Shown here piece after piece: positions 51,801-64,000 of a stretch of 64,000 bases of DNA. The stretch covers positions 186,001 to 250,000 of the forward strand of contig NW_026781866.1 in assembly GCF_031769215.1 (NCBI RefSeq). The letters run 5' to 3'. Below the pieces are notes generated by a model that saw only the letters and a program-made list of their open reading frames with translations, had not been told where the DNA came from and did no database searches. The position numbers and the translations under genes are program-made. Origin of the DNA: Ylistrum balloti. Its lineage: Eukaryota. Within the stretch, counting starts at the first letter, position 1, and each line of letters starts with the position of its first letter.

Positions 51801-53067
51801 GGAACAACTTAGAAAATACTGTTCGATCCCCACCCTCGCTTAATTCATTCAAATCATGTTTAAAATCTAATACTCAGTCTAGTCCTCCAACCTACTTTAA
51901 GATTGGAAATCGTAAACTTAATATTTTGCATACTAAGCTCCGACACAAGTGTAGTTCCCTTAACTATGACCTATTTAGAGTTAATGTAGTTGATAATGCA
52001 TCCTGTAATTTTGGTCATCCTTTTGAGAATGTCTATCACTATTTTATTGAATGTCCCCTGTTCTCAATTGAAAGGCGTATTTTGGTACATAATCTAAATA
52101 TTTTGAATGTTCCGTTTGATATTGAACATCTTTTATATTGTAATTGTAATTTTTCTGTGGACCTTAATTCAACCATTTTTAGACATGTGAAAAATTTTAT
52201 TAAAACCAGCAACAGATTTTGAGTTAATATAATATCAATACTTGTATTATCAGCATTGTATTGTACTGTCAGTATTGTACTATATTGTCATATTGCTTTG
52301 TATTGTCATATGTAATGTATGTTTGGAGAAGGCGTTGATAAGTTGTAATAACTTGTGCCTAATCCACTGTCTGTATTTGACAATAAATATGTTTAAACCT
52401 AAATGGTCAGCTTATTAACTGATGCTTTACTCATCAGCAGTGTTTTGAACCAGGTGTTGACTGACTTGCCTTGTCCCTTAAAATGAACTTCCTATGAGTT
52501 TTTGAAATTTCATGCTTTCTTATTGGGTCTTGTCTAAACTTAATTGAACCCTTGATGAATGTCCCCTCACCACCACTATCATACTGCCTGAAATTTCACA
52601 GTGCATTTCTTCATTCTCAAAACATAGCCACGAGAATGATTTCAGCCAACTGCTTTGGAACTTCCGTTCGCATCTATTGTGCTCATATTCCTTCTGCGCA
52701 GCCTTTTTTCTGTTGTTTTCAGCTTTTACGAGGAGGGACTGGCTTGTCCAGTCACTTCAATAACATCGACATTTTGATTTAAATTACGCTTGAATTGTTC
52801 ATGTACCTTTCGTAATGGATTTCAAACGCACCAAAGACGTAATCTTTATAACGCTTGATTAATAGGGAATGACATTACACAACAAACGTTCAAGTGATTG
52901 TGCAACCGGAAATGAAAATTCGACCAATATTGTCTTGTTTACGACAGTTGAATTACGTAAAACGGAATGAACTTCAGATTACAATCGCAAAATATTGAAG
53001 TAGCCAGACGGACTACTGATTTTGAAACTATTCAGTAGCCACGGGCTACCGTTAGTGTCGATCCCTG

Positions 53068-56000
53068 AATGGTTTCAAATCGGTAAAATGAAGAACCAAC
53101 AGGTGGTATCGATAAAGCTTCCACGATCACCTTTTTAATTGCCTGGTATTCTCATGTGCCCAGGAACCCAGCAAAAAGCAAGTAAAAGAAAGTAAAAGGT
53201 AAGTTCATGATATAGTATTAAGGTATTACGAATAAAAATATTTTCGATATTGCTATTGCTAAGACTTTGTAGAACAGAAAGAGAGTCTGAATGGATAACA
53301 GCTCCCATTACTTTATTTCTTTGAATATATTCAAGGGTGAGGTAGTTAGCTTGCGCTTCTGCCGAGAATATTGAGGCGTTGTCCGGAAGCCGGCATCCAT
53401 AGGTTTCATCTTGTGTAACCATGGCCGCAGAAACCTTATCATAATCTTTAGAACCATCAGTATATAAATGTAGAAATGTTTCATATTTAACTGCAGTTTC
53501 GAGAAGAATGAACGAAATGTGTAACTCTCTGTGTCTGATTTAACCATTTCATGAAGTGAAAAGCCAACTTTAGGTGAAATCATGAGACAGGATGGAATTT
53601 ATATCGTTCCAAATGACTGAATTTGGTTAACATCAATATTTGTGTTTTGTAAAAGAGCAGAAATTCGAATACCAAATGATGGAATAGTTTTCTTTTTTTT
53701 TTGGTTTGCCTGAAACAAGGTTTTATATTTTGGATCAAATACAGGAGAAAAAGCAGGATTTGAAGGATTTGACCTTAGTTGAATGGTGTATTGCAAAGCC
53801 AATTTATTTCGACGACTATATAGTGATGGTTCATTAGCCTCTACGTAGAGACTTGCTGTAGGTCTTAAAAGCTCCGAGAGCGAGCCTGAAACCTTGTTCA
53901 GAACAGTGTCTAATAATTGTAAATATGAAGGTCTAGAAGATCCATACACGATGGAACCGTAGTCCAATTTTGATCTAATAATGGCTCTATAGAGTCTTCG
54001 CAAATTTTTTCTATCAGCTCCCAAATCAGTGTGGGACACAACCTTCAGAATATTCAGTGCCTAAAGGCATTTAGCTTTAAGGCATTTTATATGTGGAAGG
54101 AACGACAAATTCCTGTTGAATATTACACCTAAGACATTCGTTTGTTCAACAACCGGAATGGATGCACCACAGAGAGACAGATTTGGATTGTCGTGTTATT
54201 TCCGAATTTGACAAAAATGCATACAAACTGTTTTTGATTGTGAAAATTTAAAACCATTTTCATCTGCCCAAATTTGTAGTCGATTCAAACATTGTTGAAG
54301 TTGTATTTCGATGGTATTCATATGCTTATGATAGCATATGATGTTGTCATCGACATAAAGAGCGCCCTCCATTGAAGGGGGATTATGTTTTGACAAAACT
54401 TAATTTTAAGCCGAAAAAGTGTAACCGAAAGAATGCTACCTTGTGGTACACCCATTTCCTGCCGATGGACATGGGAAAGGGTCGTTCCATTCCGGACTTG
54501 AAATACTTTATCTGATAGAAAATTTGAAATAAAAATTGGTAGATTACCTTTAATACATATATCGTGCAGATCTTTCCACGTTGTGTCGTAAGCCTTTTCC
54601 AAATGGAAGAAAACAACCACCAAGTGTTCCTTCTTTAGAAAAGCCTCACGCACAAAGGTTTCAAGTCTGACCAAATAATCGTTGGTACCACGCTTACATC
54701 TAAAAACGCTTTGTAGGGGTGATACTATGCGATTGGATTCCAGATATGAAATTAATCTTGAATTTATCATCCGCTCTAGAGTTTTACAAACGCAGCTCGT
54801 CAGTGATATTGGTCGGTAACTATTGAATCTTTACCCTGTGTGGGGATAGGAATCACAGTTGCCATTTTCCATGACTTTGGGACATTTCCCGATCTAAAAA
54901 TATAGCTAAAGATATCTAGAAGTTTTTTCTAATGGAGACTCTGGTAAATGTTTTTAGGAACTGATAGTGAGTATCCTGTTGCAGTTCTAACATTGAGAAA
55001 GGTTGATTGTAAGTTTCATTGTTTTCGGAAGAGAATTTCAATTTAGTTTTTTCACGCATGGTCTTAAATTTTTGAAATTTTTTGGAATGATTATTTGCAG
55101 ACGATTTTATGGAAAAAGCAGATCCTAAAGCATTTGCAATATCAAATTTCGATGTGGCTAATTTTCCATTAGTTTTCAGATGTCCCATTGTTTTGAATTA
55201 TGTTTACCACTGATCCGTTTAATCATATCCCAGACCTTTCTAGTGGATGTATCAGAATTTAATTTGGACACATAAGATCTCCAAGACAGTATTTTGTGTA
55301 AGCGTACAGCACGACGGGCTTTCGACCGAATAATTTTGTAGTTGTTTAAGCTATCGCTTGTGGGGTTGTTTTTGAATTGCCTCAAAGCGGTTTTCCTATT
55401 ACGAATAGCTTTATCACAATCTTCATTAATCAAAGTTTTTTTTATTTTCTTTTGGACTTTGGTATACATTCTTCGGTTATCTCAAGAAGTTCGGTAGTAA
55501 AGGATTATATTGGGTCTTCTAAAATGGTATTCAGATGTTCAAATTTACTCCGATCTGCTTTATATAATTTCCTATGGGGTACATGATCGCTCTTGGTGGT
55601 CCACCATTCCTTAGAAATATTGGGAAGTGGTCGCTGCCACAGAGATCGTCATGAAACGTACATTCGAAATCGAGTAACAAAGATGGCTGACATAAAGTGA
55701 AAACCAAGGTGCGAGAATGTTCCGGAAGAGGGATGCCAATAAGTTGGAGATTTATTATTGTAAAGACAAAGGTTATTTTCCAATATGAATTTTTCAATTT
55801 TGTTTCCTCGATCATTAGTGTCGGGTGAACCCAAAAGGTTGTTATGATCATAAATGTCAAACAGAAAGCTTGTCGCACGCCATGTCAGTCTGTGTAGCTG
55901 CATAACATGTCTGTGTAACAGCATCACGGGTCTCCACGGTCGTAATACAAACCTTTGCACGACTGACATAGGATGGACCCGACACAGGTATTTCGACAAT

Positions 56001-57190
56001 CTTTCTTACTTCGGGGAAAGTAATGCTTGTGTACTTGACGCGAAGGATCTCTTTTTCCTTGCGCCAAGCAGGACAATCTCTTGAATATGCTGGATGCCTT
56101 CCACCAAAGTTCTCAGTGAACTCGACCATCACAAGCACCATCTGCCGACCCATCTTCTTGGCCTACAACTCCACACTTTGCACAATCTTTCTGTTTCTTG
56201 CAGTTATCGGAATGATGACCAAATTTCTGGCAACCAAAGCATCGCAGTGGAGTTGGGATGTAAACATCAACACCAACACTTTCGGAGCCAACCTTTACAC
56301 GTTTTGGTAAAATTCGGGTGTTTAAAGTAACAACGAAAGTGTTGGTGTGTCATGGATGCTGCCATCTCGCTTCACCCTGATCCGTTTAACATGGTTGATT
56401 TCTGTTGTTTTTCCTTGAAATAACTGAGGATGTTCTCCTCGCTCTCTCCCTGAAGAGATGGACAGCGTATAACGCCTTTTGATGTGTTCAGGGAGGAATG
56501 AGGGACAACCTGCACAACTATCTCAAAAAACTTTGTCATTCCCAAGAGGTTCTTAGCCTGTTGCTGGCGACTTCTTGAAGGAGTTCGCCAGATCGCAGTT
56601 TTTTGACACTCTTTGGAGTACCACATGTTGACAGGATAGTCTTTTCTATTACGAATGGTGAAACGGATGACATTGGTTTATCCTTTTCCAACGATCGTAT
56701 TACGATGAATTGGTTGAAATCTTGGTCATCTTCTGAGTCTGATGATGAAAGACAAGGTCATTTATTTAGATTTTTTTGTTCCCATAGTTAGGTGTATAGA
56801 TTTTCATAACCCGTGCTCCTCACCCACCTCGGAGGCATACAAGGGGACACTACTAACGGTACGGATCCCCGGTACATGAGTGCCAAGGTTGCACAGGTAG
56901 TATATTCGAAAGAATAGAACGCTCTCGATTGATCATTAAGCCACTGCCTTCTGGGATACAACTGTAAAATAAAAGCTACAAAAATCGATGGGTATACGTT
57001 TGAGTGAAATAAAAAGAAAAAAGGAAACATAACCAGCCGATTGATTATTGAGGACCACAATTATCACCCGTCTTGCTGAGATAGAGGCCAAAGTGATGTA
57101 TTGGGGGAAGGCAATGCGAGATTGCTTGAGAATGAAGCGCAAACCACATAACTGCCCCTCAACCACCAGGATCCTTTTTCCCAATACTAA
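53068..57190 (-). mobile_element. 5' portion of a split I-clade LINE (5' UTR, gag-like ORF1, APE, RT, RNase H), degenerate
   Basis: ORF1 PHSSLNTSKGVIRC, PLRCFGCQKFGHH, HPAYSRDCPAW. ORF2 SDHFPI, GVPQGSILSVTLF, YVDD, RSKLDYG, IYTDGS, HSDSLS, FCWVPGH. Confidence 0.9.
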
Positions 57191-57979
57191 CCGGACGCAA
57201 CCCAGACAAACAGGTTGCCCCTTTTAGTGGACTTTTACCACAAGCAGTAGGACACAGCGGATATATTCTAAGCCCTATCCGCAGTGAAGACATAAAACAT
57301 AATTTCGTCATCAACAGGACACCGGAAATAGGTCACCGTGATAATCGACTAAAAGGTCAACACTCACATTGATTATTATGTACATAATGACTGCAAATAC
57401 TGTGTAATGTAGGACTGGCCATATATTTTAACATGACCGAATGTCATTTATATCAGTGTTTGTTTTTTTTTTTGCACTATTGTTGTAACTGTTTAATTTT
57501 CAATAAGCCCATGTGAGGAAAGCTATGAGTGCTGTCCCCTGGCCAAGACATAACAACCTTTATTACGGTACCAACTACCTTCATAATACAACATTGTGGT
57601 GTCCCTGTTGTCAGTATGATGTAACCGTATTTGGTGTCTTGTCGAGTTATTTTTGAAGTATAGTATAAGTCAATGTATAGCACTATAAAGTGGTCAACAT
57701 CTCAGCACCATCAAAAGGCTACTGGTACGAATATATCTCAACCTCTCACTAACACACACTGAACACATGTAATAACCTTGCAAACCTATGGATGTCATTC
57801 TCAAATGATCAATGAAACATCTCCAAACTGAAACAGTCATTTACCCAGCAACAAATAGCGATGCAAATGTTCTTTTTCGGAGGTCCAAAGTAGCCGCCTA
57901 TCAGCTATTATTTATTGCTTTCAATATTGAGGGCATAACACTACGTATTTTAATAGGATCAACCACTTTTTAATCAATC

Positions 57980-58870
57980 TAAAACAGTAGTCACAGACAA
58001 AGTAGGTAATTTGGCACAATGTACAGACGATATAATTTCATGGAGCACAAAAACATAACAGAGATGATAGTTGCAACATCAGGAACACTAAACATAATTG
58101 AAATTCGAGTGTACTAGTGTGGTTTTAAAATCTCGAAAAGTAGTTCCGTTAATATCCTCTAGAATGAGTTTGGACCCTACAAACTCCTGGAAGCCACATA
58201 CTGGACATGAAGCAGAAATATGCAAAATATCAATAACCTCACTAACGTATCGGGCAACAATCACTGATTGGCCAACAATATAGCACTTACGATACCGGCT
58301 GTCGACTATTTTTAACACTAATCGGTCTCAAAATGCAGTTTGGGAAATTGTATATTTGTGATCAAGATGTCCGACAGCATATCTGGTGTAGTATTGAAAG
58401 AGTGTGATGATGTGTTGTGTGAACCATTTTCGACATTGAACGATATCTTTCCATGTACTCTCAAAAGGAGCAAATCTAATACTATCTGTTACTATTTGCG
58501 TCCTACTTTAAAGTCTTTTGAAAAGTTTGTAAATTCATTTATATGCGATAAGCAACACGGGTTTTATTCTAAAATGTCTTTTCAAACCTTGCATACTTCA
58601 CCGATCGGTTTTTCAAAACATTTCACGATTTATACTGATTTTCGAAGCTTTGTGACAAATTAAACCACCGATTATTATTGCACAAGTTAAAATAGTACGG
58701 TATAGAAGGTAGCATGTTAGATTGAATTACTACTTACTTGACAGACCGCTTCCAGCGTGTTACTCTTACCTGGGCAACATCGAGTTGGTGTAAGGTAATT
58801 TCCCGTGTGCCCCAAGGCTCGATACCTGAGCCTAAATTTTCCGTTGTCTTTTTATCAATGATCTGCCATC
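57980..58870 (+). mobile_element. Old CR1/L2-like RT remnant
   Basis: DSI..VVLKEC.DVLCEP, DKQHGF and VPQGS-like segments with many lesions. Confidence 0.6.
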
Positions 58871-60086
58871 GGTCGTAAATTCCTATGTCTGCCCCCGACA
58901 GAATTTTTTAAGTGCATGAAGACTGTCAGAATGTGAGCCGCTCCAACGCCACATAAATAAAAATGAAAGTGAATCTAAATAGGTGTTATCAGATGATTTT
59001 TAACGAACAAGAAGACATGTTTCGAGTTTAGTCACAGTATGAATGGCTAGAACCTGAAGAATGAAACGTGTGTGAAAGACCTTCATGTCTGGCTGACCAC
59101 AACAAAGCATGTACAAGTTTTACACAAACTTTTGTAAAGGTATTTTCACAAAAGTCTTGTCTTGTAAGGCGTCAGTTAGAATACTGTTGTCAGATCAGGT
59201 CTCCAAACCAAATATCCTTAATTCGCTAAGTGGAAATTGTCTAGTAAAAATTATGGAGATTTTTATGTTTAAAGGCACACATCTATTTAAGTTCCATGTC
59301 TTACGCTGACACTTTCAGACATTTTCCTTTTTCCTAGCCCCGATCTCAGGCGGGCATTTAAGACTATGTATTTCTTTTCAAATGTTTAAATAGTGCTTTT
59401 CACTGCCTATATATAATCAATCAAATGTGGTTTTAGTCCCTGGTCGTAATCTGCGGTCAATTAATTTAAATCGGTTTTACTGCCAGAAAAGACGAACTGA
59501 CGTTAGAAAGTTCAATGGTTTAAACAGAATTCAATCCAATTTGATTTTGCACTAGACTGGGAAGATTTTTTTAATCTCTGCCAGAGAACAAGGTACACGT
59601 AAAGAGTATTTTTCATCACTAGTTCTATTTGCATTACTCAAGTGTATCTTTAGTCTGTTTTTATCTATTCTGTAAGTGGACCCTTGGGTCTGTAGAATTG
59701 GGAGTAAATAAATTCGTTGCGTTACGGATCAGTGTGTGTGTATCCTATGATGGTCTTTGCTTCTTATCTCAGTAACATGTATGATAAAACTTATCATAGA
59801 AAAGTGATGAGCAAATATTGCTACCCTATATAACCTACGTCGGTTGGTTTCCACCGAAAGATATCATAATAATATACAAAAGTAATAACGCGTGAAGTGG
59901 AAGGTCGTGGGGAAAGGGGTAGAAATAGTAATACAGATATGTCACATCGTCACATTTGTCTAGAGAAGCGTGAGGAGCAGAGTAATCCTACCGCATCATC
60001 AATATCATAGGGCTTGAGGACAAGTAACATCGGTGTTTCTCTTTTAACTACATCTGTAAAATAAATCGATAGAAGTAGCTACCATC

Positions 60087-60204
60087 ATGAAGGACAGAGA
60101 GACATGGAAGAATGGTCTGGAGTTTTTGTTTTCCTGTATTGGTGTGAGTGTCGGGCTAGGAAACATCTGGAGATTTCCCTACATATGTTACAAGAATGGT
60201 GGAG
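60087..60204 (+). CDS. SLC6 (neurotransmitter:sodium symporter family) transporter, coding exon 1
   Basis: [40 protein letters not shown] is the TM1 family signature. In-frame stop upstream at 60057; donor G|GCAAGT. Confidence 0.92.
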
Positions 60205-61059
60205 GCAAGTACAACTTTAAGAAATCAACATTATATCAATTTCAGTATAACACGTTACATAATTAGATATTCCTGGATTCCTAGAGTTGCATACTGACTT
60301 GACTGATTTGAGTCGCAAAGTTTGACCACGAAACATAATAGAAATTATATGAAAATACCTAGCGGAGCGTAAACTAATCACAACAGGCTATATCTAGACT
60401 GGAATGGATCTACACGTAAACTGCTAGTACATTAGCGTTCAGACAAGTTTGTGAGAAATCCCCGATGTGACCAGAATAGGAACTGTAAGCACCTGATTAT
60501 TTAAAATTTTTAACAATATTCTTATGGTAAGATATTTTTCCAAAGATCAGGCGATGGGATTACCTTTACATAAATTTGTGATAAAAGTCATGTTTACAAT
60601 TATAGAGGTATTAATGCTATTAGGTATGTAGCAAGCTTCTCTTTTGAATAAGCGATTATTGTTGTTTTGTTGAAAATGCTTTAATAACTAAATCTTAACA
60701 ACGTGTGTCGATCATCGAAAGGTATTTGGTAGCATCTCGCATAAAAAGCTATGGCTTAAATCATAGAAAGTAAGGGGTCGTTTGTTGGATGTCATCAAAT
60801 TTATATATGATAATGTTAAACCTTGTGTTAAATGAAATGGTAAGTTATCTGCAATGTACGTCATCCATGTCGGTTTTTTCAATAGGACTATTTGTCCCCA
60901 ATGTTACTTTCTTCAGTTTTTAACTACAATGGCAAATTCACTGATGATTTAAATATCTTTGTTGCTCAAGGCAGGGAACTTTGCTTCCTGCTAAACGGGA
61001 AATAAACATGTTAAACTGCGAAGTTAATTTGTCACAATTTGTAACATTTGTTAGTTGTA

Positions 61060-61600
61060 TAATTGTATGTGTAAAGTTTAGGGAATTAGTCCTGCAACTC
61101 ACTTAGAGGGGTATTTTTGTTGTTTTTAAAAATGTGCTTGGAGTTAGAAAGTCGATGAATTCGTCTATGATCTACTCTGAGCTGGGTAGCTTTCCTTTAC
61201 TATTTAGACGTCCGATTGCCATTATAAAATATTGTCTTATATTGTTGGAAACTGATAATTGCATTTTTAAATCGTGTTATAATGAACTTGTAGAGCTGAG
61301 TGTAAACAAACCTAGTTGCAAGATATGTTTTATATATAGTCAAACAGGAGCTAAGTAGTTAAGGGTGTTAAGATGCGTGGTCGTCTAAGTATATCCCTAA
61401 CGAAAAATATTTTGTCTTTATATACTAAACGGATACATGTTTCATCCACGAGATGAGAAACAGTTTTGAAAACTCGTAAAAAAGTGTATGCTATATAAAC
61501 ACATTGTTGATATATTTATACTGCAGTCTTTGACTACTAATTTAAGTGTCGCGACTGGTAGATACCAAGGTGTACCTATGCCCTGCCTACTCAGATATAA
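61060..61600 (+). mobile_element. LINE ORF2 C-terminal remnant in SLC6 intron
   Basis: LGVRKS..SSMIYSELG.FPL...IIKY...LETDNCIFKSCY resembles the C-terminus of non-LTR RT proteins. Confidence 0.65.
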
Positions 61601-63690
61601 GCTTATATGTATTAATTAAGCCATGCCGGCGCCTCTCTGTATACAAGTTGAATGAATTATTTGCAAATGAAAATGTAAAAACTTTAAGAAATTTTAGTAA
61701 AAGAATATCGCTACTAAATGTTTGAAATTATATCACTTATTAGTGTCTTGATCAAAATAAATGTATCAGTATGCATCAGAATTGCTGCGGTTGTGTTACT
61801 CGCCTTCTTGTCGATATACATGTTATCATATTGCTATTTATCTTTTTAATCTTATATGCTATGCAGCATTTTGAATTGAATTGAATATTCAATGGTAACC
61901 AGGTGTTGCAGTCCACGGAAGATTAGCTGGTTATCCCTGTACAGATGTAGAGACATCGTACTTGTTGGGACAGCTGTTCTATTTACTAATCTATCGCAGA
62001 AATGTTTTAAAAACATTATTTAAAATGTGGGAAATTAGTTATGTATAGCTGGGCATGCATGTTTTTATATTGCTATTCCCAGTAAAGTGAAACCTTATGT
62101 TTCATTATAATTAGACGTGCATTGGTATAATTTTCTTTTATTGTCAGCCTATGGATGATATTGTATGCTCTTTATTCCTTACATATCCCTTGACAGTTGT
62201 CTCAAATACAGTGGCTGACTTATTACCCATTGCCTTCAAGAAAAGATTGGAGCATTCTAAAACCAAGAAAGTACTAACATGTCAAAATAACCAATGACAT
62301 ACGTGTATGTACATCACACATTTAGATCACTTTTTTAATTTCCAAGGCTAACAGTTGTGTGAATTTGAAAACGGACGGACTTCCTAATTATAAAGGTTTA
62401 ATATATTTGGTAACAAGCTATGAGTAAGCTGGACATAACAAAACAAAATGTATTTCATGTTCGATGTCATTTCTATTACAAACAACACATCGCCGTTTTA
62501 CCTTTTTTTCTATACTTAGCGTTGGAACTTTATTAACCTATATTTAATGAGGATGTTTTGGTGACTAACCACAACCCCTACGTATTTGTTGTGGTCAGTA
62601 TACATTGGGCTATTCAGGTGTAGAACCATGACCACTTCATTCAGGCCATTATTAATTTTACCTGTAGCAGTTCCCCTAGGTTATATATTGTAGTGGTCTA
62701 GGTTTAAGTTACTAACAGAAACATTAGCTTAAACATTAAATATCAACTTTACATTACTTCAAAGCCGACATATCTAAATTTTCAAATCTTTGAATTGATT
62801 ACTTGTGCTATGATTTCATACAAATGTTTATAACAACAATACACATCTTATTTCAGATTTCTGTCATTCATTAATGTTTTAATTTGAATATTTCAAATAT
62901 TTAGATATATTCTTACAGTTTTAATGTATAACATACAATACATGATACAGTTAAGTAGACAGATCAGTAGAAATAAGTTTCAATGTCCATGACATGTTTG
63001 AGAAGTTTAATTTACGATGCAATATGTTATGATCTTGTATCAAACCAAACGAATAACTTTTTACTTTAATTAATTTCCTTAACAATGTGCGATAGCTTCA
63101 TTTCATATAGGACTTTCATAGAATTTCACTAGGTATATCCATAAAGTACATTGATCACCTTCTATGTAAACATTTTAATTAATTGTCCGTAGACTATATA
63201 CGTAAAATAGTGTTTCACCAATCTGTACAATGCATTATCTTATGAATGACATCATACATCAGACAATTAGTCGGTCGGGAAATTCAAAACCACAGAAAGA
63301 AAACAGTGCAAATCCAAATTCACAAGTTAAGTACTGCCTACATTCATGATTCTCACAATGTTATTTGTATAAATGATTTGTGTGACGATAAACGACAGAT
63401 ATCAGTTCATTCTGGGAAATCTTTACATTGTATACATGGTATATACTCAGATCAGTTGCTGTGCTTGATCACTGAAAAATAGGATTTTTATCTAAATACT
63501 TATCTAATTTAACTATTTATTTGAATATGTGCACTTTAATAATGGAACAAAATCCCAGATTTTTAATCCATTTCACTAATGTACCTGTTTAAATTGTGTA
63601 TTTGGAATATAATGATGTTTTATAAATGAAACAATTGTGTTAATCGCTTTGTTCTAAACATTTAAATAATTGTAATTGTTTTCCTTTTAG

Positions 63691-63822
63691 GTGCCTTCCT
63701 TGTGCCCTATTTCCTCTTTCTAACCATGATAGGAATTCCTCAGCTCCTTCTACAATTTTCCTATCCCCAGTACTCCAGTAGCGGACCAGCTGCGGCTTGG
63801 GCGTGTTGTCCGCTCTTCAAAG
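63691..63822 (+). CDS. SLC6 transporter, coding exon 2 (gene continues beyond window)
   Basis: ttttccttttag|GT GCC...: GAFLVPYFLFLTMIGIPQLLLQFSYPQYSSSGPAAAWACCPLFK-G|gtaaag. Phase 1 matches exon 1. Confidence 0.92.
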
Positions 63823-64000
63823 GTAAAGGGCCATAGTGTATACCTAGAACTTATATTTATAACTAATAGAATTATAAACCACAATACACGGACTTGAATT
63901 AATCATCCATTACGTATCTAAAATGAGGGACATAATTCTGATGACGATCTGGAGATGTTTTAAAAAGTTTAGACTATGATAACTTGTTCATGTAAAAACG

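Larger units (their letters stand above)
46200..52403 (+). mobile_element. CR1/L2-like LINE, near full length but degenerate (ORF1-like 46200-47400; ORF2 ~49350-52222; 3' UTR)
   Basis: RRM-type ORF1 (QQ.SR..ILRFHNVP, RSHTLG). APE (CLTETHL, TAYRP, VTGDLN). RT (YRPISLL, QSGFMHGHST, DISKAFDRV, GVPQGS, FADDT). End aataaatatgtttaaacctaa. Linking ORF1 and ORF2 into one element is an inference. Confidence 0.8.
43220..53067 (-). mobile_element. hAT DNA transposon (ZNF862-like, intron-containing, degenerate) with nested CR1
   Basis: TIRs CAGAGGTTGACATTAAC (43220) and CAGGGATCGACACTAAC (minus strand, 53051-53067) match 13/17. TTF-like finger at ~52480-52700, SIISDGSTD (~45860), KAIHCSAHR (~45250), GTRW (~44510) and MKIVKNDWRSRL (~43740). 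No 8-bp TSD seen. Confidence 0.8.

Noticed and set aside
43212-53075. 8-bp TSD around the hAT element
   Set aside because: The flanks ttaaaaat and aatggttt do not match; a small junction deletion is likely.
56810-57190. Self-cleaving (HDV-like) ribozyme in the I-element 5' UTR
   Set aside because: Some GC pairing is visible, but I could not build the nested double pseudoknot by eye; a covariance-model search is needed.

Overview
AT-rich animal genomic DNA, probably from a mollusc or other lophotrochozoan (inferred from the gene and TE families). There are no prokaryotic features, rRNA, tRNA or CRISPR. Host genes: (i) a complete two-exon gene on the minus strand (37-1020), missed by the ORF track, for a 100-aa secreted Gly/Tyr/Trp/Met-rich protein; (ii) three GT10 alpha-1,3-fucosyltransferase-like genes, each with a tiny first coding exon, two of them from a recent ~8.8-kb tandem duplication (4893-22566) with a 4-bp ATGA junction microhomology; (iii) the first two coding exons of an SLC6 transporter, joined by a GC-AG intron. 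Most of the rest is TE-derived. A near-complete Ty3/Gypsy element (26795-35212) has a -1 frameshift signal, a self-derived insert in gag and an intact third ORF with two C2H2 zinc fingers at the env position. A nest at 42.7-57.2 kb consists of an I-clade LINE split by an intron-containing hAT transposon, itself split by a CR1/L2-like LINE with a 2A-like motif. There are also Tc1, DIRS, L1/Tx1, hAT and second-Gypsy remnants. All coordinates, translations, alignments and counts were done by eye, and TE remnant edges are approximate.
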